Assembly (NCBI GenBank): GCA_015229115.1
Contig: JADGCH010000008.1
Coordinates: 11,405 to 75,404, forward strand
DNA from: Magnetococcales bacterium
GTDB taxonomy: Bacteria > Pseudomonadota > Magnetococcia > Magnetococcales > JADGCH01
Direction of reading: 5' to 3'
DNA: 64,000 nt
Shown here: positions 9,101-17,369 of the stretch, one piece after another
How positions within the stretch are numbered: position 1 is the stretch's first letter
Layout of the letters: every line of letters starts with the position of its first letter
Made by a program: the position numbers and the translations under genes
Notes under the pieces: model-generated
Told to the model about the DNA's origin: nothing
The model's database searches: none
The model's input: the letters and a program-made list of their open reading frames with translations, nothing else

Positions 9101-12100
9101 ACGCTTCGACGGCGTTGACCCTCACCATTGTTAACTCCTCATCGACCTTGATCGGTACCAGCGGCAGTACCGATACCGTCACCATCCTGACCAGTGGCGC
9201 ACTCTATGCCACCGAGGTCGATGTGTTATTGAGTGGCAGCAGCAGTACCGATACTGTCACCCTGCTCACCAGTGGCTCCCTGGCTATCTCGAAAATCGAT
9301 TCCATCCTCAGCGCAGCAGGAGTGACCGATACTGTCACCCTGATGTCTGGCGGCATCGTCACCGTTTCCGGTGTCGACCAAGTGATTGGTTCGACTCCAT
9401 CTAACATCAACGATGCCCTGTCCAGCACCTGGACGACCGTCGATACCGGCTATTCTTACTACTACGAGGTGCACGCTGGCGATATCAATAATGATGGCAC
9501 CATCGAACTGGTGGGCGGCGATTCCAGCACGGGCGATCTGGCCTATTTCACCCAGACCACAGCACGTACCCTGACCTATAATGCCATCACCTACACCTCC
9601 ACCTACAAGGGGGCCATCTATGGCTCCGATCTGGCCGATCTCAATAACGACGGCCTGCTCGATTTTATCTCCGCCGGATCCAATGGCGCCTCAACCAGCA
9701 ATAACAGCGTCTTTCAGTTCAGCGGTGGCACCTACAGCTTCATCAACAGTACCTATGGTTACAGCGCCATCGCACTCTATGGCCAGGATGCGACTCATCT
9801 GGATGTTAACGGCGATGGCTACCAGGAGGTGCTTTGGGCCGGCAATACCGATCTGACCTATGGCCTCAACACCACGGCCTCGACCGGTGCATCGCCAACC
9901 TTCACCGTCAGCAACGTCACCAGTACCACCGCCTATCCCAACAAGCTGGCTACTGGCGACTTCGATGGCGACGGCGATCTGGATGTGGTCGCCGATCACA
10001 ACAGCTCAACGGCCGTCACGGTCTTTTATGATACCGGCAGCAGTCTGGTGGCCCAGGCCGGCCCAACCTTGCCGTTCAACAGTGGTTATTACATCGCCAC
10101 CGGTGACATCAATGGGGACGGCTATTGCGATGCCATCTTTGGCAACGTGGCCAGTAATGGCAATTATGCCGTCTCCCTCGGTAGCAATACCGGATTGCAG
10201 GCAGCCTCTTCCTACAACGTCTCGGCCATCGGAGCCAACAATATCCTCGGTACGGCTCTGGGTGATCTGGATAATGATGGCAAGCTCGATCTGGTACTGT
10301 CCAATCTCAATGCAGTCTTTTACCTGACCGGTAACGGTGACGGTACTTTCACCTACCGGAAGCAAATTGCTGCCAGTGGTTCCGTCTCGGTATCGATTGC
10401 CGATGTGGACCAGGATGGGCTGAAAGATATTGTCACTGCCGGCGGTGTCATTCGGGTTTATTTCCAGAATGCTGTGGGTAGCAACAGTGTCAGTTACGAT
10501 ACCGTCAATCTGATCAGCAACAGCTCGGTGATGCTGACACAGGTGGAAAGCGCCCTGGGTTCTACTGGAGCGGAAAGCGTTACGCTGATGACCAGTGGCA
10601 CCCTGATGGTATCAACGGTCGATACCCTTTTCAGCACTGCTGGTGCTACCGATACCATCACCCTGCTCACCAGCAGTTCATTGGCCGTTTCGTCAGTCGA
10701 CTCGGTTCTCAGCAGCAGTGGTGCGACCGATACGGTCACGCTGCTGACCAGTAGTCTGTTGACGGCATCGTTGGTTGATTCAATCCTCAGTGCTGCTGGT
10801 GCGACCGATACGGTCACTCTGCTGACCAGCGGCAGCTTGTTCCTATCGGACCTTGACTCAATCATTGGTAGCAGCGGCACAACGGATACCGTGACGCTGC
10901 TGAATCAAACGGCCGTCCTGTCCAATATCCATACGGTCATTGGCTCAACGGGTATCGATACTATTGTACTGCTGTCAACCCCAACACTCACGTATACCAG
11001 CCTGTCCAATATCGAAACGGTGATCGGTACAGCATCGCTCGACACGATCAAACTGTTGACTTCCAGCTCTATTGCCGTATTCAGCATCGATACGGTGATC
11101 AAATCGTCGGCCGGTACAGATACCGTAACGTTATTGTCCAACATCGCCACGTTGCATGGCATTGAAACAGTCATCGGTACCGCCAGCAGCGATACGGTCA
11201 TATTTAGTTTCGCATGGGATGTTAAACTATCCCAGGTTGATTCGATCACCGGCCATACCGGTATTGACACCATCACCCTGCTGACTAGTAGCCAACTGAT
11301 AGCCAGCGGCATCGAGTCACTGTCCAGTAACACTGGGGCTACCGATACCGTCACCCTGCTCACCAGTGGATCATTGATTGTTGGATCGATTGACTCACTG
11401 ATCAGCAGCAGTGGTGCGACCGATACCATCACGCTGTTGTCAACGGGCGTGACTCTGGGAGCCAGCGGCGTTGACTCGATCATCGGTGGAACCGGTGTGG
11501 ATACGGTTACACTGCTGACCAGTGGCAATCTGGCCTACATGACCAGTATCGAATCCGTGATCAGCGGCAGTGGGGCCACCGATACCGTCACCCTGCTCAC
11601 CAGCAGTCTGTTGACCACTTCCGGTATCGACTCCATCGTTAGCAGTGCTGGTGTTACAGATACCGTCACTCTGCTAACCAGTAGCACCCTGATCACTTCC
11701 GGTATCGATTCCATCGTTAGTGCTAGCGGGGCTACCGACACAGTGACCCTGCTCACCAGCGCTGCCATAGCCGTTAGTGCCATCGACTCCATTGTTGGTA
11801 GCAGCGGGGTGGTGGATACCACCACCCTGCTCACCAGTGGGGCTCTCTACATGAATGGCACCCACTCAGTCATCAGTGGCAGTGGACTGACCGATACCAT
11901 TACCCTGACCCATGCCGGGGCTTATCTGGCCATCTCAGGTGTTGACTCGGTGGTGGGTGGCAGTGGCGTTGACACCGTCACCCTGCTCACCAGCGGCACT
12001 GTTGTCATCAGCCATGTCGATAGCCTGATTGGTTCAGCAGGTGACGACACCGTGATCGTGCTGGATAGCAGCACGATCGTCATGATGAATGTCGAGAGTG

Positions 12101-15100
12101 TCACTTACGTCAATATCAGTGTTCCGTCGGCGCCAACCGATCTGGTCCTTGCTACTGACGATGACAATGGTCGTGACAATACGGACCGCATCACCAGTCA
12201 AACCAGCAACCTAACCATCAGCGGTGAGGGTGGCGACGTTGGAATGACGCTGACTCTATTTGACGATCAGGATAGCGATGATGTTGTTGACAGCGGTGAA
12301 ACGCTGATCACCTTCGTCGTGACCAGCAGCAGCTGGAGCGGCGATATCGCCTTGGCAGCAGGCACCCATAACGTTAAAGCCCTGCAAAGCAATGTGAGTG
12401 GTAACAGTGAGGCGACGTCAGCGCTGGTCATCACCGTCGATATCACTGCACCAACCACGCCCACCGCGCTTGAGCTGGCCGCAGCCGATGACAGTGGTCT
12501 TTCGGACAGCGATCGTATCACCAGCCAGACCAGCAGCCTGACCATTAGCGGTAGTGGTGGCGAAGTGGGTAACGTGCTGGTGCTGTTGGACAATGAACAA
12601 CCCTTGGCCACCCTGACCGTTAGCGATACGCTCTGGAGCATTGATGTTGACCTGACCCCTGGTACCCATGCCCTAACAGCTGTCCAAGCCAACGCCTCTG
12701 TCAGTAGCGATGCGTCAACGGTGTTGATGGTGACGGTCGATACCACGACGCCAGCGATGGTCACCGGTATTGATTTATCAGCCGAGGACGACAGTGGTTG
12801 GTCCTCTAGCGACAACATCACACGCTACACCAGCGCCTTGACCCTCAGCGGCCAGGGTGATGCAGCAGCACAATTATGGCTGTTCGACGATCTGGACGGC
12901 AGCGATATCGCTGATGAGAGTGAGTATCTGGCCACCGTTCTGGTCACGGGCAGTCTGTGGCAGACCGATGTTGCGCTGACCGTTGGCACGCACAGCCTCA
13001 AAGCCATTCAAACCAGTGCGGCTGGCATAAGCAGCCTGCCTTCGCTGCCCCTGACGGTCACCGTAGCTCCGACCATCACGCCTGTTACCCCGACCGATCT
13101 TGATCTTGCCGCCAGCGATGATAGTGGTACAGCCCAGGATGACCATATAACCACCCAGACGACAGCTCTGACCATCAGCGGCCAGGGCGGCACTGCTGGT
13201 CAGATGCTGCTGTTGTTCGATGACAGTGGAGACGGTCATGAACTGCTTGCCACCCTGATCGTGACGGACACAAGCTGGAGCACCGATATCAGCCTCGGTG
13301 ACGGCGTTCACGACATTCGGGCCATTCAGATGGACATGGTCGGCCATAGTAGCCCAGCCTCATCCGCCCTTACCCTGACCATCGACGGGATTATTGCCAG
13401 CGCAACCCCAACCTATCTTGCCCTGGCCACGTCCGACGACAGCGGATGGCTGAACAACGATAACCTGACCTCCCGAAGTGCTGTCACCATCAGCGGCGAC
13501 GGCGCCCTGGCCAGTGGCCAGATGCTGCTGTTCGACCAGGGCTCAACGGTGGCAACCCTCACGTTGACCGGCAGCAGCTGGAGCAGCACACTCAGCCTGG
13601 CGGAAGGCATTCATACCATCCAGGCGCTGCAGTATAATGCCGCAGGTAGCAGCCCGATCTCGTCAGCCCTGACTGTGACGGTCGATAGCACACCACCAAC
13701 CGAGCCATCATCGCTCGATCTGGCCAGCGAGGATGATGTGGGTCTGTCCAACAGTGACAACCTCACCAATCAGGTCAGTGGCCTGACCATCAGCGGTCAG
13801 GGTGGCGAAGCAGGTGCACGGATCCTGCTGTTCGATGGCGATAGCGTCATAGCCCAGTTCGATGCTACCGGCACCAATTGGAGTGGCGATATCAACCTGG
13901 CTAGCGGCCAGCATACCATCCGGGCAGCACAACAGGACCGCGCTGGCAACACCAGTGCTCTGTCATCGGCCCTGATCCTCACCATCGATGCCACGGCAGC
14001 ACCGAACATACCTGGCTATCTCGATCTGGCCCATGAAGATGACAGTGGCTTCTCCAACAGCGATCATATCACCCGCTTCAGTAGCAACCTCACCATCCAG
14101 GGACAGGGAGGCACCGCAGGAACCACCTTGTTCCTGTTGGATAAGGATAACCAGACCCTGGCCACCACCGCTGTCACCGGCGACAGCTGGAGCGTGGACA
14201 TCAGTCTGTCGGTCGGCGCTCACACCCTGCGCGCCATGCAGCAGAATGTCGCCAGCGGCAGCAGTCCCCTGTCATCGGCCCTGACCCTCACCATCGATAA
14301 CGGTATCCCCGACGCACCGACTAACCTGATGCTGGCGGCTGACGATGACACTGGTCTGTTGGATAATGATCGCCTTACCAGCCAGAACGATGGCCTGACC
14401 ATCTCCGGCGACAATGGCGAAACTGGCGCCCATATCATCCTGATGGACGACCAGCTGGCCTTGGCGACCGTTACCGTCACAGGATCAGGCTGGAGCGGCG
14501 ATATCGATCTGACCGCCGGAACGCACACCGTCCGGGCCCTACAGCAGGATGCTGCCGGTCATGACAGTGCGCTGTCCGATCCTTTGATCATCACAGTCGA
14601 CAACTCGGCGGCACCGGCGGCACCGACCAACCTGGACCTGGATGCCACAGACGATCATGGTCTACTGGACGACGATAACGTTACCAACCAGACCAACAGC
14701 CTCACCATCAGCGGCAGTGGTGGTGAGATCGGTGCCCGCATGATTCTGCTGGATGGTACGACACCCTTGACCACGCTTGCCATGACCGAGGCCAGCTGGA
14801 GCTACGACGTCACCCTGTCAGAGGGCAGCCATGCCATTCGTGCCATCCAGAAAGATCGGGTCGGCAGCAGCAGCCCGGCCTCGGCAACGCTGTGGCTGAC
14901 CATCGATACCACCGTAGCCACCCCAACTGTGGCCCTGGCCCAGGACAGTGGCAGCAGTACCATCGACCACCTGACCTCCAATGGCACCTTGACCGTGGCG
15001 GCGATCGAAGCCGGTGCAATGGTGCAATACAGCCGGGATGGTGGCGACAGCTGGACTGAAACAGTAGCCCTGGAAGATGGCAGCCATACCATCCGGGTCC

Positions 15101-17346
15101 GGCAGACTGATCGCGCTGGCAACATCAGCGCGGCGTCAACGCCCTTAGCGCTGACGCTGGACAGCGTTGCTCCTGCCACGCCCTCCGCTACCCTGAGCAA
15201 TGATACCGGTGACAGCACCATTGATCTCATCAGCCACGACGCGACCCTGACCCTCCACGACCGTGAGAATGGGGCCACGCTCCAGTACAGCCGTGATGGT
15301 GGTAACAGCTGGTCGAGCCAGTTTAGCGCTGTCGAAGACAGTAATAGCCTGCAGCTACGCCAGATCGACCAAGCCGGTAACGTCAGCGGCCTCTCAACAC
15401 CCCTGACCTTCACGTTCGATAGCACAGCCCCGCTGGCTCCTACCCAGCTGGATCTGGCCCGCGAGGACGACGTCAGCCCATCAGGTAGCGCCAATATTGC
15501 CGCACGCACCAGTGGGTTGACCCTTAGCGGCCAAGGGGAACCAGGGGCCATGCTGGTGCTGTTGGATGACCAGGAACCGGTGGCCACCCTCAGCATCACC
15601 GCTACCACATGGCGTACCGATCTCACGCTGCCAGCCGGCAGTCATGTCATCCGCGCCATGCAGACCGATACAGCCGGTAACAGCAGCACTGTTTCCAGCC
15701 CACTCAACCTGCTGATCGATACCAGCAGCCCGCTGTTCGACCTGAACGCCACCACCGTCATCAGCACCAGTCACACCATAACCGGTACAACCTCCAGCCA
15801 GGATCGGTTGACTTTCCTGTCGGACTCGACCTATCTGTCGGTTTCGGCCATTGAGACGGTCATTGGTTCCAGCGGCAGCGATAGCGTGACACTGCTGTCA
15901 ACCAGTGGCGCCACCGTTGCCGTCTCGCTGGTGGAATCGGTCATCGGCGGCTATGATCTCGACACCCTGACGTTGCTGACGGGTAGTGCGGTGACTCTGG
16001 CGCGCATCGATTCCATTCGTGGCAGCAGTCTGGCAGATACCATCACTCTGCTGACCGGCAGTCGTGTTTTTACCAGCCGGGTTGAGTCCATCGTCGGCAG
16101 CAGCAACAGCGATACCGTACGCATGATCGGCGCAGATAGCCTCACGGTAACAGCCGTCGAGTCTGTTATCGGCAGCAACAGCCTTCAGGACACCGTTACC
16201 CTGAGCCAGTCTGCATCACTGTTCAGCTCCAGGGTCGAAACCGTCATCGGCTCAACAGGACAGGATCGTGTCGCCCTGCTGGCCAGTGGCAACCTGTACA
16301 GCAGCCAGATTGAAACCGTCCTGGGCAGTGCTGCCGTCGAGACGCTCTCCCTGCTCGTGGCCAGCTCGGTGGTCATCAGTCAGGTCAATTCGATCATGGG
16401 TAGCGGTGGCATCGATACCGTTGCCCTGCTGACCAGCAGCAGTCTGGTCGTTTCATCCGTCGAGCAAATCCTGGGCAGTGCCGGCAAGGATCGTGTCAGC
16501 TGGATGGGTCCCGGTCAGACCACTGTCATCAGCATCGAAACCCTCACCGGCAGTGATGAAACAGAAACCATCACCCTGTTGACAGCCGAGAAAGTGGCTG
16601 TTGCTGATATCGACAGTGTCATCGGCACAGCCGGCCTCGACACCCTTAGTCTGATCACCGGCGGAGAGATCACGTTGGCTGGCATCGAAATGGTCAGTGG
16701 ATCGCGCAGCGGTGACGAACGGGTCACCCTGGCCCGTGCTGGCACGATCACCCTGTCACTGGTCGAAACCGTTATCGGGTCAACCGGGTCGGATACCATC
16801 ACCCTGAAAGGTAATTCAACGGTGGTGGTGGTGGCCGGAGCTGGTAGTGATACCGTCGCGGGTAGCGCTGGCAAGGAATGGTTTCTTTTTCGTTCTATCA
16901 CCGATTCACCAGCCGGCCAGGGAGACCGTATCGACAACTTCGAGAGGAGTCGCGATGTACTGGTATTCGATGGTCTGCAGACCGGGACCTTCCTCTATCT
17001 GGCGGCCGGTAGCTTTACGCGCAGCAATCGTTCCCAAGCCCGTTTTGACAGCAGCACGAAAGTGCTGCAGGTCGACACCAACGGTGACGAAACAGTGGAT
17101 ATGGAGATGACCCTGCCCAAAGTCACCTCCTTGACCGCTGCCAATTTCTCCTGGAGCGCGTCGAATCGGGCTGCCTCGGCAACGGCTCTGGGACGAATGA
17201 TCGGGACAGCAACACAGGTTTCCACGGGGCCCCTCACCCTGCCCTCTCCTGCAGGGGGAGAAGGATCGTTGTTTATCGTTTCAGCCAACGATGGTGACTG
17301 GTATATTAGCAGCCAGACCGATATACTGGCCCCAGTTGCCAGATAG
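3151..17346 (+). CDS. Giant (4731 aa) RTX-type repeat protein, putative type I-secreted surface adhesin
   Basis: Single uninterrupted 14,196-nt frame from ATG 3151 (the first start after in-frame TAA 3136-3138) to TAG 17344-17346. There is no signal peptide. The protein is modular (see sub-features) and acidic, rich in S/T/D/G/L/V. It ends with an RTX nonapeptide plus a C-terminal secretion-type module. Confidence 0.9.
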   Translation: MPTSFQYSLNGGSTTTGDDVTPIIGVTADDTVTIISDTGTVSISEIEVFIGNVNVETVTLLTSGILSISEVDQLVSDSGATDTITLLTGGMVAISSIDSLIGSSDDDTVTLLTSSSLYADVVETFISSSGATDTVTLVAGGLVAVSEIDSIVGSPSYLETVLLLTNSDLFLSDIDSLIGSTGSDLVTLLTSGLLSISEVDQVVSGNSATDTITLLTSHELSISNIDSILSIGDAVDTVTLMTGGVVSLALVDSLIGSSGDDTAILITSGSICADVVETFISSSGAVDTVTLVAGGLVTVSNIDSIIGSLSYADTVMLLTSSTVVMGEIDNMNSIDSLISLADVTDTVTLMAPGSLAASGIDSIISNTGNNLITLLTSGMVSVSNVDGLDSSSGSTDTVTLLTSAAVAVQNIESMLSSIGATDTVNLISSGQLFVSDIDQINSSAGCTDTVTLLTSSAVLFSHVDSVVSVDGATDTITVLMGSALAASGIDSIIGNYVSEQVTLLTSGALFSSDVDTLISVDGATDTITLVASNNLSASGVDSLIGSVGDENVSLLTSGILSVSNIGTLIGSTGTTDSVTLLTSSNLFEKWLDTLISSSGSTDTVTLLTGGKVIVSGIDSLIGSGLNDSVVLLTSGSLSLDVVETLISSSGTTDTVTLVAGGNMAVSGIDSIVGYSYYDQVTLLTGSEVSVSNIDEIISSYGITDTVVLLTSSAVSLLRIDSISSSSGATDTVTLMAGGHVTTSNIDSIAGTSAWEHLTLLTSGSLSIGEIDRLSSHSGVTDTITLLTSSLAITSGIDSILSTANAHDTVVLLTSSMIAVANVDSLISVDHSADALSFDSAVEYTTGTTGSGPISVCLDDVNRDGHPDILVANYYTASVSVLLNNGNGTFAAKTEYTVGTNPLSVHAADVNGDGYPDLLAANQTSGDVSVLLNNGNGSFASHQPYTTGTAPFSISSGDLDRDGDLDLLVANSTSGNVSVLFNQGDGTFPTKTDYSTSGANGGATGVAVADVNRDGWLDILVTSTAPDTVAVLLNNGSGSFPTQTDYGTGVDPRSIHIADLDGDDWPDILTANSTGNTVSVLRNNGDGTFAAPNDLLSGPAPMSVSVADVDSDGLPDIIVNNAGSTTLSVLHNNGDGTFASKVDYTSGSGPYWVNAADVNGDGRLDLVAVNHGSASVSVLLNTSQFVATPGNSGATDTVILLTSSALSIAGIDSILSTAGATDTVTLLASTTLSISCVDSILSSSSVVDTVRLLTSSHVFVSDVDKLISLVGVTDTISLLASGILSASCVDSILGSGVTLDTVSLLTSGALFISSIDKLVSVNDATDTVTLLTSSSIVTSGVDSILSVTGATDTVRLLTSHNLTVSGVDRIISLVGVTDTVTLLTSSKLFVSNVDSIISGSGATDVVKLLLPSSITVDGIDSIIGSTGADTVTVISDAAVMIQAGYGADQINLLSGHTTATTIVYALPSDNDTITNFAAGVDKIRLRTGPTGGVPVTMSMSGTATTPGTVWLDVNNDAIGDVTLTLVNMTGSLTASDFIITSSQSVTFSTATNHATGSTPQGVTSADFNGDGVADLAVTNGGSGTVSVLLGTGSGNFANATSHTVGTSPYSVASADFNRDGIMDLAVANSGSNNISILIGTGAGGFSTASPFATGTVPMTILVADFNSDGLIDLATANHNGGSDNLSVLLGNGSGSFATAVPYTAGSYSTAVTSADFNSDGLLDIACTNFMSNDISILLGDGSGGFTASGSPLSSAARPRSIISADLNGDGVVDLATANYDGNNVSVFLGTGSGSFANATHHTTGTSPREIITDDFNNDGIADLATANYGSNNLSVLLGTGLGGFLTAVSYAVGVLPTAIVGADLNGDGVADLAVTNESNNNVSVLLTQPLSAPTALDLDAADDTGTNNDNSTTQASNLTISGTGGIAGTILSLFDDQDNDNLIDSGELLVTASITGQAWSADISLTTGTHTIKAIQTDSAGANSHASTALTLTIVNSSSTLIGTSGSTDTVTILTSGALYATEVDVLLSGSSSTDTVTLLTSGSLAISKIDSILSAAGVTDTVTLMSGGIVTVSGVDQVIGSTPSNINDALSSTWTTVDTGYSYYYEVHAGDINNDGTIELVGGDSSTGDLAYFTQTTARTLTYNAITYTSTYKGAIYGSDLADLNNDGLLDFISAGSNGASTSNNSVFQFSGGTYSFINSTYGYSAIALYGQDATHLDVNGDGYQEVLWAGNTDLTYGLNTTASTGASPTFTVSNVTSTTAYPNKLATGDFDGDGDLDVVADHNSSTAVTVFYDTGSSLVAQAGPTLPFNSGYYIATGDINGDGYCDAIFGNVASNGNYAVSLGSNTGLQAASSYNVSAIGANNILGTALGDLDNDGKLDLVLSNLNAVFYLTGNGDGTFTYRKQIAASGSVSVSIADVDQDGLKDIVTAGGVIRVYFQNAVGSNSVSYDTVNLISNSSVMLTQVESALGSTGAESVTLMTSGTLMVSTVDTLFSTAGATDTITLLTSSSLAVSSVDSVLSSSGATDTVTLLTSSLLTASLVDSILSAAGATDTVTLLTSGSLFLSDLDSIIGSSGTTDTVTLLNQTAVLSNIHTVIGSTGIDTIVLLSTPTLTYTSLSNIETVIGTASLDTIKLLTSSSIAVFSIDTVIKSSAGTDTVTLLSNIATLHGIETVIGTASSDTVIFSFAWDVKLSQVDSITGHTGIDTITLLTSSQLIASGIESLSSNTGATDTVTLLTSGSLIVGSIDSLISSSGATDTITLLSTGVTLGASGVDSIIGGTGVDTVTLLTSGNLAYMTSIESVISGSGATDTVTLLTSSLLTTSGIDSIVSSAGVTDTVTLLTSSTLITSGIDSIVSASGATDTVTLLTSAAIAVSAIDSIVGSSGVVDTTTLLTSGALYMNGTHSVISGSGLTDTITLTHAGAYLAISGVDSVVGGSGVDTVTLLTSGTVVISHVDSLIGSAGDDTVIVLDSSTIVMMNVESVTYVNISVPSAPTDLVLATDDDNGRDNTDRITSQTSNLTISGEGGDVGMTLTLFDDQDSDDVVDSGETLITFVVTSSSWSGDIALAAGTHNVKALQSNVSGNSEATSALVITVDITAPTTPTALELAAADDSGLSDSDRITSQTSSLTISGSGGEVGNVLVLLDNEQPLATLTVSDTLWSIDVDLTPGTHALTAVQANASVSSDASTVLMVTVDTTTPAMVTGIDLSAEDDSGWSSSDNITRYTSALTLSGQGDAAAQLWLFDDLDGSDIADESEYLATVLVTGSLWQTDVALTVGTHSLKAIQTSAAGISSLPSLPLTVTVAPTITPVTPTDLDLAASDDSGTAQDDHITTQTTALTISGQGGTAGQMLLLFDDSGDGHELLATLIVTDTSWSTDISLGDGVHDIRAIQMDMVGHSSPASSALTLTIDGIIASATPTYLALATSDDSGWLNNDNLTSRSAVTISGDGALASGQMLLFDQGSTVATLTLTGSSWSSTLSLAEGIHTIQALQYNAAGSSPISSALTVTVDSTPPTEPSSLDLASEDDVGLSNSDNLTNQVSGLTISGQGGEAGARILLFDGDSVIAQFDATGTNWSGDINLASGQHTIRAAQQDRAGNTSALSSALILTIDATAAPNIPGYLDLAHEDDSGFSNSDHITRFSSNLTIQGQGGTAGTTLFLLDKDNQTLATTAVTGDSWSVDISLSVGAHTLRAMQQNVASGSSPLSSALTLTIDNGIPDAPTNLMLAADDDTGLLDNDRLTSQNDGLTISGDNGETGAHIILMDDQLALATVTVTGSGWSGDIDLTAGTHTVRALQQDAAGHDSALSDPLIITVDNSAAPAAPTNLDLDATDDHGLLDDDNVTNQTNSLTISGSGGEIGARMILLDGTTPLTTLAMTEASWSYDVTLSEGSHAIRAIQKDRVGSSSPASATLWLTIDTTVATPTVALAQDSGSSTIDHLTSNGTLTVAAIEAGAMVQYSRDGGDSWTETVALEDGSHTIRVRQTDRAGNISAASTPLALTLDSVAPATPSATLSNDTGDSTIDLISHDATLTLHDRENGATLQYSRDGGNSWSSQFSAVEDSNSLQLRQIDQAGNVSGLSTPLTFTFDSTAPLAPTQLDLAREDDVSPSGSANIAARTSGLTLSGQGEPGAMLVLLDDQEPVATLSITATTWRTDLTLPAGSHVIRAMQTDTAGNSSTVSSPLNLLIDTSSPLFDLNATTVISTSHTITGTTSSQDRLTFLSDSTYLSVSAIETVIGSSGSDSVTLLSTSGATVAVSLVESVIGGYDLDTLTLLTGSAVTLARIDSIRGSSLADTITLLTGSRVFTSRVESIVGSSNSDTVRMIGADSLTVTAVESVIGSNSLQDTVTLSQSASLFSSRVETVIGSTGQDRVALLASGNLYSSQIETVLGSAAVETLSLLVASSVVISQVNSIMGSGGIDTVALLTSSSLVVSSVEQILGSAGKDRVSWMGPGQTTVISIETLTGSDETETITLLTAEKVAVADIDSVIGTAGLDTLSLITGGEITLAGIEMVSGSRSGDERVTLARAGTITLSLVETVIGSTGSDTITLKGNSTVVVVAGAGSDTVAGSAGKEWFLFRSITDSPAGQGDRIDNFERSRDVLVFDGLQTGTFLYLAAGSFTRSNRSQARFDSSTKVLQVDTNGDETVDMEMTLPKVTSLTAANFSWSASNRAASATALGRMIGTATQVSTGPLTLPSPAGGEGSLFIVSANDGDWYISSQTDILAPVAR
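3220..5650 (+). repeat. Array A of the 25-26-residue DTVTLLTS..IDS.IGS.G.T repeat (about 31 units)
   Basis: 78-bp period. For example, the word ACCGATACCGTCA recurs at 4333 and 4411. The unit count is estimated as array length divided by 78. Confidence 0.85.
5650..6700 (+). other. FG-GAP/VCBS beta-propeller 1 (7 blades)
   Basis: Seven D.[ND].DG..D loops (DDVNRDGHPD, ADVNGDGYPD, GDLDRDGDLD, ADVNRDGWLD, ADLDGDDWPD, ADVDSDGLPD, ADVNGDGRLD), each followed by ..AN....VSVLLNNG.GTF. Confidence 0.8.
6715..7420 (+). repeat. Array B of the 25-26-residue repeat (about 9 units)
   Basis: Same consensus and period as array A. Confidence 0.8.
7420..7775 (+). other. Internal copy of the RTX-type C-terminal module
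   Basis: GADTVTVIS...AGYGADQINLL.......DTITNFAAGVDKIRL.........VWLDVNNDAIGDVTLTLVNMTGSLTASDFII parallels the true C-termini of both giant ORFs (D.I.NF....D.L.F ... VD.NGD...D....L....LTA.NF). Confidence 0.6.
7780..8812 (+). other. FG-GAP/VCBS beta-propeller 2 (7 blades)
   Basis: Seven loops: ADFNGDGVAD, ADFNRDGIMD, ADFNSDGLID, ADFNSDGLLD, ADLNGDGVVD, DDFNNDGIAD and ADLNGDGVAD, each followed by ..N....SVLLG.G.G.F. Confidence 0.8.
8815..9135 (+). other. Single adhesin-type Ig-like domain
   Basis: ALDLDAADDTGTNNDNSTTQASNLTISGTGG..G....LFDD........W..DISLT.GTHTIKAIQTD.AGN follows the same pattern as the long Ig array. Confidence 0.65.
9135..9400 (+). repeat. Array C of the 25-26-residue repeat (about 3 units)
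   Basis: GSTDTVTILTSGALYATEVDVLLSGSSSTDTVTLLTSGSLAISKIDSILSAAGVTDTVTLMSGGIVTVSGVDQVIGS. Confidence 0.8.
9410..10475 (+). other. FG-GAP-like beta-propeller 3 (7 blades, divergent)
   Basis: Seven loops: GDINNDGTIE, ADLNNDGLLD, LDVNGDGYQE, GDFDGDGDLD, GDINGDGYCD, GDLDNDGKLD and ADVDQDGLKD. The spacing is less regular than in propellers 1 and 2. Confidence 0.65.
10480..12110 (+). repeat. Array D of the 25-26-residue repeat (about 21 units; unit length 24-28)
   Basis: Same consensus as array A. Some units use IETVIGT instead of IDSIIGS. Confidence 0.8.
12115..15735 (+). other. Tandem array of 12 adhesin-type Ig-like domains (about 95-105 aa each)
   Basis: Ten repeats of L.LA..DD.G.S..D.IT.Q.S.LTISG.GGE.G....L.D......L.....W..D..L..G.H.IRA.Q.D.AGN.S..S..L..T.D. 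Two variant domains at about 14905-15430 carry YSRDGG[DN]SW. Confidence 0.75.
15775..16830 (+). repeat. Array E of the repeat (about 14 units, 25-residue period)
   Basis: Units such as DTITLLTGSRVFTSRVESIVGSSNS are 25 aa long. The array is position-for-position paralogous to the ORF2 array. Confidence 0.8.
16800..17165 (+). other. RTX nonapeptide plus C-terminal (T1SS-substrate-type) module
   Basis: AGAGSDTVA-GSAGKEWFLF, then GQGDRIDNFERSRDVLVFDGLQTGTFLYLAAGSFT...QARFDSSTKVLQVDTNGDETVDMEMTLPKVTSLTAANFSW. This pattern matches serralysin/RTX C-terminal domains. Confidence 0.7.
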
Positions 17347-17369
17347 CCTATCAACAGGAGTTCGATGCT

